Below are positions 25,181 through 32,000 of a stretch of DNA of 32,000 nucleotides, piece by piece; position 1 is the first letter of the stretch, and the number at the start of each line of letters is the position of its first letter. Origin of the DNA: Ignicoccus pacificus DSM 13166. Its GTDB lineage: Archaea; Thermoproteota; Thermoprotei_A; Sulfolobales; Ignicoccaceae. Below the pieces are notes generated by a model, which saw only the letters and a program-made list of their open reading frames with translations, was not told the DNA's origin and did no database searches. The stretch is taken from NCBI GenBank assembly GCA_025340205.1, contig CP006868.1, positions 90,001 to 122,000 on the forward strand, given 5' to 3'. The position numbers and the translations under genes were made by a program.

Positions 25181-26089
25181 TCACATGAAGTTTAGGCTTA
25201 CTATCTTTTCGTCACCGTCCACCACGAGAACGGATGCTCTCGAATTATAGTAAGGAGGTCCGGATCTGGTGAACAGCGTTATGACGCTTTTGTTGTGAAT
25301 TATAGCATGTCCCTCCACGCTTGTGTGTCCCCTAACGATCTTCCTCATTCCTACTCTTTCTAGGAACTCCCGAGTGGCGCCGGCGCCCCAGATGCGACCG
25401 ACCCCTCTATAGTAATTCTCTTTAATGCATTCTTCCAAGGAATCGTTCCACGAGCAAATAGCTTGCCCCAGTAGCTCATCAGGATCGCTCCAGAGGACAT
25501 CCTCGAGCACCCCTAAGCTCTTCTCCATTAGACACGGTCTGCCTTTGCACTTGTGAAGGATGCTGAAAGGAGGGCCTCCGTGAAGACCTATATAGTCACG
25601 ATACAATGCGTAGAGCGGCATCTTTGAGAACAAGTCTAAGGAGATCTTGTAAAGAGTAGTTCCTAGTTCGGAACCACACCTCCATTTAAGTTGCTCTGGA
25701 TAGTCGTGGGGGTAAACCGAAAGTCTTGGATCCAATTCATGGTTACCTCTAAGCACCACTACCTCTTCGGGCCTCTGAGCCTTTAACGCCCCTACTAAGA
25801 GCAATGCTTCAATCTGGTTGGGACCTCTATCTATGTAATCTCCTAGGAAGACTAGTTGGTATCTATCTCTATCTCCAAGCCTACTCCATAATCTAAAAAC
25901 GGTCTCCACGTCTCCATGAAGATCTCCGTGGAATATGACCGGCTTATCCGGGCTGAGCTCCTCTAAGTTGGAACCTGTGAACAATCCCTTCATCTGTTCT
26001 AGGAGTTCCGCTAGTTCATCACAAGTTAACGAGGTCAATGTAGTAGAGAAGGCATCTAAGGAGTTAGTTGGGATTTCATCTATCTTCAA
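25181..26089 (-). CDS. PPP-family Ser/Thr protein phosphatase (PP1/PP2A-like metallophosphoesterase)
   Basis: The GDLHGD, GDYIDRG and LRGNHE motifs occur in canonical order and spacing, with later conserved His residues (LHGG, RGH). The TTG start has GGAGGT 11 nt upstream. Confidence 0.85.
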   Translation of the reverse strand: MKIDEIPTNSLDAFSTTLTSLTCDELAELLEQMKGLFTGSNLEELSPDKPVIFHGDLHGDVETVFRLWSRLGDRDRYQLVFLGDYIDRGPNQIEALLLVGALKAQRPEEVVVLRGNHELDPRLSVYPHDYPEQLKWRCGSELGTTLYKISLDLFSKMPLYALYRDYIGLHGGPPFSILHKCKGRPCLMEKSLGVLEDVLWSDPDELLGQAICSWNDSLEECIKENYYRGVGRIWGAGATREFLERVGMRKIVRGHTSVEGHAIIHNKSVITLFTRSGPPYYNSRASVLVVDGDEKIVSLNFM

Positions 26090-26669
26090 CTTTAGGTCTT
26101 ACCTCCTTCACTTTTTCGAAGCTTATCTTACCTAACTCAGTGTTCGCGTTGCCTTCTATATCTATGTTCTTGATCTTGGTCACCAAGGCCCCACTATCGA
26201 GTACAAGCTCTACGTTGCCTTTGTAGAGCAATATGTTGGCCGTCCTGACGAGCTCGCTTAACCTCCTCTTTCTAAGAGCATGTCTTGTACGGTAGACTAT
26301 CGCTTCAGCTATCGCTTCATCTAACGAGCCTCTCACCCTTAATGGAGGACCTTCTATGCTAGCTATTACCTCATTCCCTTTGACTACCTTGTTGGGCCAT
26401 AGGAAGTTAACGTCTTCACCATAGAGAAATCTCAAGACCTTAGTCGCTTGTACGGATGCCGTTAACACGTCGTGATAACTCCTTACGGGAACAGGGGGGT
26501 TGGAGATGGGATTTACTACGTATCTGTCTCCTTTTCTCATTAAAGGTATACCCAGCTTCTTCAGAATTATAATTGTGGATCGAAGATCGCTCGTACCTAT
26601 GTTAAGTTCCTTTCTGATGTCGCTAACTCTCATTCCGCTCTTTAGCATCTCGTAGACTTTACCCCTCAT
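26076..26669 (-). CDS. Winged-HTH protein with an uncharacterised C-terminal domain
   Basis: The track ORF is trimmed to ATG 26669. This gives 197 aa starting MRGKVYEMLKSGMRVSDIRKELNIGTSDLRSTIIILKKLGIPLMRKGDRYVV (HTH-like). The upstream 142 codons of the track ORF are Ser/Leu-rich antisense of the + strand gene. Confidence 0.5.
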   Translation of the reverse strand: MRGKVYEMLKSGMRVSDIRKELNIGTSDLRSTIIILKKLGIPLMRKGDRYVVNPISNPPVPVRSYHDVLTASVQATKVLRFLYGEDVNFLWPNKVVKGNEVIASIEGPPLRVRGSLDEAIAEAIVYRTRHALRKRRLSELVRTANILLYKGNVELVLDSGALVTKIKNIDIEGNANTELGKISFEKVKEVRPKVEDR

Positions 26670-26772
26670 GATCGCTTCCGTAGGTATGGGGGTAAAACTG
26701 AGATTAATTTGTGGGAGGCACTGATCAACCGACTTTAACCTCCTTCTGTGGTATGAATTGGGTGGCGTTTGC

Positions 26773-27117
26773 ATGACCAAAGTAAACGTTAAGGACATCG
26801 ATGAGACCTTTAACAACTTCCTAATGGAGCTTGAGGGCGCTGAAAAGGGCACCAAGCAAGTGTTAGAGGAAGTCGAGGAGGAAGCTGGAAGGTTGATCTC
26901 CGAGGCCGCTGCTGATGCCAAGAGCTTAGAGAGAGTAGCCGAGGAGGCAGTCGAGGAGGCGAAGAGAACCGTAGAGGAAAGGGTGAAGCTAATAGTAGAG
27001 GACTTAAGGGAGCAGTATACCAAGAAGATAAACGAGGAGGTCGAGGAGTATAGATCTAAGTTCGAGGAAAACTTCGAGAAGGCAGTAAACGTCATCCTTC
27101 AGAAGCTATTAGGGTGA
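26773..27117 (+). CDS. A-type ATP synthase peripheral-stalk subunit H (G-like) candidate
   Basis: 114 aa from ATG 26773, with a continuous E/A/K-rich helix (EEAGRLISEAAADAKSLERVAEEAVEEAKR). It ends 7 nt before a subunit-C-like gene. Confidence 0.4.
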   Translation: MTKVNVKDIDETFNNFLMELEGAEKGTKQVLEEVEEEAGRLISEAAADAKSLERVAEEAVEEAKRTVEERVKLIVEDLREQYTKKINEEVEEYRSKFEENFEKAVNVILQKLLG

Positions 27118-27124
27118 AGGACCC

Positions 27125-28150
27125 TTGCCAGCCGAGTTAGTTGGTATAGCGCCGGTGGTTTACTATTATCGTGGAAAGTCATTAGATAGGGAGAAGCTAC
27201 TCTCCTTCCTCACTGCTGAGACCCCTGAGGAAATGAGGAACGCTCTCAAGGGTACATGGCTCGAGAACCTCCCAGTTGAGTCCATGAAGCCTGAGGAAAT
27301 AGAGAAGGAAGCCTATAGGGCCTACCTTGCTATCTTGAATAAGCTTAGAGGATACGTTGCCTCTACCAATCTCAAAGAGATGATAGAGGTCCTTAAGGAC
27401 AGCATAAGAGCTAGAGATGTCTTGACTTTAATAAGGGCCAGGATAGCTGATAGGGATATAAACGAGATAAAGGACTTCCTAGTGTTCCCCAATGACCCTT
27501 TAATTGAAACCTTGATGTTAATACTGAAGGATAGAAGCTTGGAGGGATTGAGTCAAGGACTCAAGGGCTTCAGAATGGCTAAGGATATCGAACAAGCTCT
27601 GGAACTCTATAGGAGTACTCACGATGAAACTGTATTCACCCTAGCGTTAGACGTTGCTATGCTAAAGGCCGTCATGAGGTTATATACCAGAGCTGGAAAG
27701 GCGATAAACGTAGGAACGGATAGGATAGAGTGTATGAAGCTCTTGTGTCCTAGGATAGACACCCTAGCCTACGTGATAGCTGCCAGATTGGTACTAAAAG
27801 GTAAGAGTGCGCCGATAGAAATTCCGGCTTGTAACGAAGATGTGGTTAGGCAGATATTACAAGCCAGACCCGAGGACATAGTTCCCATACTCAGGAGGAC
27901 TGAGTATGGTAAGGACTTGCCCGATAACGTGTATGATGCCTTAAGTAAGCTCCTAGTGATAGGTAGGAGGTTCCAGAGGAGGAGGGTTGAGGCAGCCTTC
28001 GCCGGATATCCCTTCAGAATGGCAACTCTCCTCGCGTTAATGCTACTCTACAGGTTGGATGCTGAAGATGTGAGCACTGTGGTGGCAGGAAAGGCGGCTG
28101 GATTGGACATAAGCAAGATAAGTGAGATGTTATCATACGAATACGTCTGA
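27125..28150 (+). CDS. atpC: A-type ATP synthase subunit C (V-ATPase d/AC39 family) candidate
   Basis: 341 aa, all-helical. The N-terminal Y..R...L.REKLLSFL...TPEEMRNALKGT pattern, the central RARDVLTLIRARIADRD segment, and the C-terminal YPF....LLALMLLYRLDAEDVSTVV segment parallel conserved blocks of A/V-ATPase C subunits. Confidence 0.6.
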   Translation: MPAELVGIAPVVYYYRGKSLDREKLLSFLTAETPEEMRNALKGTWLENLPVESMKPEEIEKEAYRAYLAILNKLRGYVASTNLKEMIEVLKDSIRARDVLTLIRARIADRDINEIKDFLVFPNDPLIETLMLILKDRSLEGLSQGLKGFRMAKDIEQALELYRSTHDETVFTLALDVAMLKAVMRLYTRAGKAINVGTDRIECMKLLCPRIDTLAYVIAARLVLKGKSAPIEIPACNEDVVRQILQARPEDIVPILRRTEYGKDLPDNVYDALSKLLVIGRRFQRRRVEAAFAGYPFRMATLLALMLLYRLDAEDVSTVVAGKAAGLDISKISEMLSYEYV

Positions 28151-28153
28151 TAG

Positions 28154-28166
28154 TTTTTGTTAAAAA
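28154..28166. terminator. Bidirectional oligo-T terminator between convergent genes
   Basis: TTTTTGTTAAAAA provides a T5 run on each strand, within the 19-nt spacer between the stops at 28150 and 28170. Confidence 0.45.
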
Positions 28167-28169
28167 TAA

Positions 28170-28580
28170 TTAGGCGGGGGAACTCATCCTATCCATATAC
28201 GCGGCTATGACCTTTCCATCCCTCATATCGACGATTACTGCGAAGCCCGGTAAATCGGCGAGCTTCTCGGCAATGGATTCTAGAGTAGAGATGTTGGCCT
28301 TGGTAGCCTCTATCTCTTTTTCTAGTCTCTTTAGGAGATCGTAGACCTTAAGCGGGTTTGGTTTGATGTAGAGAGGTACCCCCTCCAGCTCTATTTTTAG
28401 GGTAGCTTCCTTCTCATCAATAGTAGCCCCCATCTTCTTCAATACCTCTAGTTCAGCTACCTCTTCCTCGTATTTTCTCATTAACCTCTTAACTAATCTC
28501 TCCTTCTCTTCTAACTCCTTCTTCAAGTTTTCAATATATTCCTTCATTTTTTCGGAGCTATCAAAGACCATTATGGTCAT
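28170..28580 (-). CDS. Coiled-coil protein, unknown function
   Basis: 136 aa with heptad-like E/K-rich helices. The C-terminal LADLPGFAVIVDMRDGKVIAAYMD resembles the start of a Roadblock/LC7 fold but is too short to form a full domain. An SD-like GGTGG overlaps the upstream gene's stop. Confidence 0.45.
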   Translation of the reverse strand: MTIMVFDSSEKMKEYIENLKKELEEKERLVKRLMRKYEEEVAELEVLKKMGATIDEKEATLKIELEGVPLYIKPNPLKVYDLLKRLEKEIEATKANISTLESIAEKLADLPGFAVIVDMRDGKVIAAYMDRMSSPA

Positions 28581-28589
28581 TCAATCCAC

Positions 28590-29552
28590 CTATTTTGAAC
28601 CCTCTTGGAGGACTATTAAGGTTAGAGTATCAAGGACGTAGTCTCTTCCTCTTATCTGCTTGGTGACTAGCTCAGTTATTCCCTCGGTCGACTCGGTTAA
28701 GGCTGTTATGACCAAATCGAAGGGACCGGTTGTTAGCTCTACTGATACGACCCTTGGGAGCTCTGAGAGCTCTTGTATCGCTACGCTCTCGTATCCGGGC
28801 TTTACCTTAACCATTATGTATCCCTTCAGAGTGCTCTCTGCCATCTCGGCCGCTCTTACGGCTATATCTCTTGTGAACGCGTAACTTCTCATTCCTACCC
28901 TCACGAACCTCACTTCGTTGAGTGCCATTGTTTCAGAAGCGAACTTCAAAGGGGTTTCGGGAGGAAGTACTATGTATCTCTCGGCGACCTCGGAGGGTCT
29001 CTTGCCTTCGAGGTAAGCCTTGAGAACGCTTCTCTCTGAAATGAGAGTAGAGCTATTTATGAGGGCTCCGTCAGACTTCGCCTCTACCAAGACCTTGGCG
29101 CTCTCCACAATATCATCTTTGGTATAGGGAAGCTCCTTAGCCGCTTCCTCGATTCTCCCACTTAAGACGTGGAGTATCTTCGGTATAGCCTTGTAAACGA
29201 CGTCGGTCGAGCTAATTACACCTATAACCTTAGAATCGTCGAGTACTGGTAGCCTCCTTATCCTGTAAGCTCCAAAGAGCTGGAGAACCATCTTTAGCGG
29301 TACGTCCTTGTTTACTACGACCACAGTTCTCCTCATTACGTCGGAAACCTTGGTCTCCTCAAGCTTCTTACCGGAAGCTATGAGCCTTAGGGCATCCCTC
29401 TCGGTGACTATTCCCTCCAAATGGCCGTGTTCGTCTACTACCACAGCTCCTCCATACTCGTGATCGATAAACCTCTTCACGACGTCTATCATTAGATCAT
29501 CAGGCTTTGCCACGGGAAAATCCCTTCTCATAACCTCGGAGGCTCTAAGCAA
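28590..29552 (-). CDS. CBS-domain protein (two good plus two degenerate CBS repeats) fused to an Lrp/AsnC-type ligand-binding (RAM) domain
   Basis: CBS repeats are VMRRDFPVAKPD...GIVTERDAL and VSDVMRRTVVVVNKD...GVISSTDVV. The C-terminal KGYIMVKVKPGYESVAIQELSELPRVVSVELTTGPFDLVITALTES...YVLDTLTLIVL matches the AsnC/Lrp RAM pattern. The start is uncertain (TTG 29552, ATG 29531 or TTG 29600). The track start 29669 would overlap the divergent GPN gene. Confidence 0.65.
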   Translation of the reverse strand: MLRASEVMRRDFPVAKPDDLMIDVVKRFIDHEYGGAVVVDEHGHLEGIVTERDALRLIASGKKLEETKVSDVMRRTVVVVNKDVPLKMVLQLFGAYRIRRLPVLDDSKVIGVISSTDVVYKAIPKILHVLSGRIEEAAKELPYTKDDIVESAKVLVEAKSDGALINSSTLISERSVLKAYLEGKRPSEVAERYIVLPPETPLKFASETMALNEVRFVRVGMRSYAFTRDIAVRAAEMAESTLKGYIMVKVKPGYESVAIQELSELPRVVSVELTTGPFDLVITALTESTEGITELVTKQIRGRDYVLDTLTLIVLQEGSK

Positions 29553-29620
29553 CGTAGCACCGTGATAGAAAGTGAGAAAGCCAATTAAAGTGATCGTCAA
29601 GACGTGTTCGACGAGCAGAG

Positions 29621-30409
29621 ATGTACTTCGTGTACTTCTTGGGTACAGCTGGCTCTGGTAAGAGTACAATGACTAAGGTCTTCGGTGAGTGGCTCGAAGA
29701 CCATGAGATGAGCGCATGTAGGGTAAACTTGGATCCGGCAGTGAAACAACTCCCATACTTCGCTGAGGTTGACGTGAGAAGGTACGTAGACTACAACGAA
29801 CTCCTGGAAAGTGGGCTGGGGCCCAACGGGGCCATGGTAAAATCGGTCGACTTGATATTACAACATGCAACCACGTTGAGGAAAGAGATAGAGGAATGCT
29901 TGAGCAATTACGTACTCGTCGATACTCCGGGTCAGATAGAACTTTTCGCTTACAGGAAGGTAACGTTGGAGTTGTTAAGGGAGCTTAGCGGTGGCGATAA
30001 GAGCGCTATAGTTTACTTGATAGATTCCACGATACTTTCAAAAGAAGAGAATCAGTTAGATCCCTACGCCTTCGCCTCTTTAGCCGTCTTGGGAGCTAGC
30101 CTAAAGATACGTTTCAGATTACCTCAAGTAAACGTAATCAACAAGGTAGACCTATTGAGCATGGAACAAAGGTTCCAGCTCGATGCTTGGTTGGAAGACA
30201 TGAGATCCATAGCCTACAGCGTGGGCGGAGAGGAGGGAACGTTGACAATTAGATTAATTGAGGCAATAGAGGACAGTGGGGGGATCGGCGAAATGCTGGT
30301 GAGCTCAGCGGTTACCGAAGAAGGACTTGATTCGTTATACGCGGCGCTTCAGCGTTCCTTTTATGGTGGTGAGGACTACGCAACAGAGGAGCCATCAGCG
30401 AGGCTGTGA
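29621..30409 (+). CDS. GPN-loop GTPase
   Basis: Walker A GTAGSGKST, the diagnostic GPNGA motif (GLGPNGAMV), DTPGQIE and NKVDL. Confidence 0.85.
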   Translation: MYFVYFLGTAGSGKSTMTKVFGEWLEDHEMSACRVNLDPAVKQLPYFAEVDVRRYVDYNELLESGLGPNGAMVKSVDLILQHATTLRKEIEECLSNYVLVDTPGQIELFAYRKVTLELLRELSGGDKSAIVYLIDSTILSKEENQLDPYAFASLAVLGASLKIRFRLPQVNVINKVDLLSMEQRFQLDAWLEDMRSIAYSVGGEEGTLTIRLIEAIEDSGGIGEMLVSSAVTEEGLDSLYAALQRSFYGGEDYATEEPSARL

Positions 30410-30412
30410 AAA

Positions 30413-31306
30413 ATGAGCGAGGTAATGATTAGCTACAAGGAGTTAGAAAAGAAATTGGACGAAATAAATGCAAAAATGAAGGAGTTAAGGAAGAAGAGGA
30501 AGGAACTAGTAGAGAGGGTTAGAAAGCTTAGAGAAGAGAGAAGAGCACTCATTGAAAGGAAGAAGAAGGAAGTGGAGAGAATAAGGGCCCTCAGAGAAGA
30601 GAGAAGGGTGAAGGTCGAGGAGGTAAGGGGGCTAAGGGAAGAGAGGAGGAAGACCAGAGAAGAGCTGAAGAAGACGCTAGAGGAGATAAGGAAGCTCAAG
30701 TCTACCGTCATGAACAGTAAGACGATAAGGTCTCTAGACGCCATAAAGAAAAGGATTCAATACTTGGAATGGAAGCAACAGACGAGTGTTCTAACAAGAG
30801 AGGAGGAAGAGGAGCTGATAAGACAGATAGCTAGGTTGGAAGAGCTATTGGAGAAGGCACTGGAGGTGGAACAAGCTAGAAAGAGGTTGCTCGAACTAAG
30901 GGCAGAGCTCGCCAAGTTGAGGATACTCCTAAACGATTACGATCAAATGATCCGTAAGAAGTCGTCGGAGATAAGTGAAATAGATGAGAGGATAAAGAAC
31001 GTCCAAGAAGTCATAGAAGAACTAAACAATAAGATAGATTCCCTCACTCCAAAGATCCAAGAACTTTCGGATGAGATAAGCAAGATAGATGAGGAGCTAG
31101 CTAGATTAGAGGAAGAGAAACAGAAGACGGCTGAGGAGTTAAAGAGACTCAACGAGCTAATGAAGAACAGCAAGGGTCTAAGACTCTTAGAGGAGCTCAG
31201 GAAGAGGGCACAGGAGAAGATGGCGAGGGGAGAGCCACTCACCTTCGAGGAGTTCAAAGCGTTGATGGGGGAGGGAATTGAGGAGGATCTTGGTGATATC
31301 GGTTGA
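30413..31306 (+). CDS. Archaeal coiled-coil protein (COG1340-like)
   Basis: 297 aa, almost entirely E/K/R/L heptads with reiterated LREERR units. It starts 3 nt after the GPN-GTPase stop. Confidence 0.55.
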   Translation: MSEVMISYKELEKKLDEINAKMKELRKKRKELVERVRKLREERRALIERKKKEVERIRALREERRVKVEEVRGLREERRKTREELKKTLEEIRKLKSTVMNSKTIRSLDAIKKRIQYLEWKQQTSVLTREEEEELIRQIARLEELLEKALEVEQARKRLLELRAELAKLRILLNDYDQMIRKKSSEISEIDERIKNVQEVIEELNNKIDSLTPKIQELSDEISKIDEELARLEEEKQKTAEELKRLNELMKNSKGLRLLEELRKRAQEKMARGEPLTFEEFKALMGEGIEEDLGDIG

Positions 31307-32000
31307 CGTCGATGATGATTTTGGTCGTGTTGGTATAAAGACTCCTATACTCGGTCGTGACAACGTAATTCAAGCCGCCGTGGAGTTCGGGATAAGGAAA
31401 CCGGAGGATTCAGACCTCAACGCTGCTTTCGCGGCAGTTCAGATAGCGGACTCCTTAAAGTCCAAAACAATGGATACCGAGGTAGCCATAGTAACCGGAA
31501 GTCCCAAGGGAGGAGTAGAGGCAGATATGGAAGTCAGGAGACAAGTACAAGAGGTTCTGAAGCAATACCCTGCGGATGGCATAGTAATTGTTACCGATGG
31601 ACCCGAAGACGAGAAGATAATCCCAATAATACAAGACCTAGCACCAATAATTTCTACCCGAAGAGTGATAGTCGAACAATCAAAAAACTTGGAGCAGACA
31701 TATATGCTATTTAGTAAGATGATAAGAAAAGCTATTGAGGAGGAGAGGTTCAGTAAGTATACATTAGGAATTCCCGGTTTAATGATCCTCGTGTTTAGCC
31801 TCTTGAGCTTGAGCGGCCTCGTAGCCTATACTATACCGATACTGAGCACCTTACTCGGACTCTTCATGGTAATAAAGGGGTTCGGTATAGATGAAGCGGT
31901 AAGTAATTGGTGGAAGAGTAACCCCATATCCTTGGCAGCTACCCTCATAAGTGCCACATCCTTCTTGATAGCGCTAGTCCTAGCTTACCTCACCGTGAAC
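31293..32000 (+). CDS. DUF373-family archaeal membrane protein (5' part, runs off the window)
   Basis: This ORF is not in the track because it is open-ended. I hand-translated it from GTG 31293 (or TTG 31290, with AGGAGG at 31281-31286) and found no stop through 32000. The sequence reads ISVDVDDDFGRVGIKTPILGRDNV...RKPEDSDLNAAFAAV...IVTDGPEDEKIIP, followed by TM helices, which matches my recollection of DUF373 proteins. Confidence 0.6.
   Translation, partial: MISVDVDDDFGRVGIKTPILGRDNVIQAAVEFGIRKPEDSDLNAAFAAVQIADSLKSKTMDTEVAIVTGSPKGGVEADMEVRRQVQEVLKQYPADGIVIVTDGPEDEKIIPIIQDLAPIISTRRVIVEQSKNLEQTYMLFSKMIRKAIEEERFSKYTLGIPGLMILVFSLLSLSGLVAYTIPILSTLLGLFMVIKGFGIDEAVSNWWKSNPISLAATLISATSFLIALVLAYLTVN

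Noticed and set aside
26670-27095. The N-terminal 142 codons of the 339-aa minus-strand ORF 26076-27095.
   Set aside because: This part is Ser/Leu/Phe-rich and low-complexity. It is the exact antisense of the E/A/K-rich + strand gene 26773-27117. A good ATG at 26669 begins a plausible HTH domain, so I trimmed the gene to 26076-26669.
29553-29669. An N-terminal extension of the CBS-RAM ORF up to ATG 29669.
   Set aside because: It would overlap the divergent GPN-GTPase start (29621) by 49 nt and adds a non-CBS hydrophobic stretch. In-frame TTG and ATG starts lie just before the first CBS repeat.
30433-31257. Two Ser/Leu/Phe-rich minus-strand ORFs (30433-30744 and 30943-31257).
   Set aside because: Both are antisense shadows of the GAA/GAG/AAG-rich coiled-coil gene. 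Such repeats keep the reverse frame open.
1-32000. A search for CRISPR arrays, IS elements or transposases, integrases, partial tRNA duplications (att sites) and long direct or inverted repeats.
   Set aside because: I saw none on visual inspection. The only tRNA (14006-14093) has no detectable duplicated 3' segment elsewhere in the window. A computational repeat search would be needed to be certain.

Overview
This is compact, gene-dense archaeal chromosome (about 40 CDS and 1 tRNA). It looks like a hyperthermophilic member of the Thermoproteota/Crenarchaeota. The supporting signs are archaeal-only r-proteins L19e and L32e, a Fap7-like NTPase, a GPN-loop GTPase, A-type ATPase subunits, purine-rich coding strands, frequent GTG/TTG starts and 1-14 nt gene overlaps. 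I cannot name the species from sequence alone.

Recognisable content:
- An HdrDE/DsrMK-like membrane redox pair.
- A HerA/DUF87-like ATPase and a Fap7-like NTPase.
- dcd, pyrC and purD.
- Two ABC systems lacking a binding protein or a permease, and a MoeA-PBP fusion.
- A six-gene ribosomal block (L6-L32e-L19e-L18-S5-L30).
- tRNA-Leu(UAG) and a B12-binding radical SAM enzyme.
- A circularly permuted GTPase and a PPP-family Ser/Thr phosphatase.
- A-ATPase H-like and C subunits, several CBS proteins, and a GPN-loop GTPase/coiled-coil/DUF373 operon.

I found no rRNA, CRISPR array, transposase, integrase or long repeat. Most of the window is ordinary core genome.

The best candidates for uncharacterised biology:
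1. An A+T-rich islet (2.4-4.2 kb) with an orphan HerA-like ATPase overlapping tail-to-tail with a Fap7-like NTPase.
2. A wHTH / PPP-phosphatase / unknown helical protein operon (24.4-26.7 kb).
3. A CBSx4-RAM fusion co-transcribed with a coiled-coil protein (28.2-29.6 kb).
4. A Zn-ribbon / small membrane protein / B12-rSAM / tRNA string (14.0-16.1 kb).

All family calls come from motif recognition by eye. No HMM or BLAST search was possible, so they remain hypotheses.
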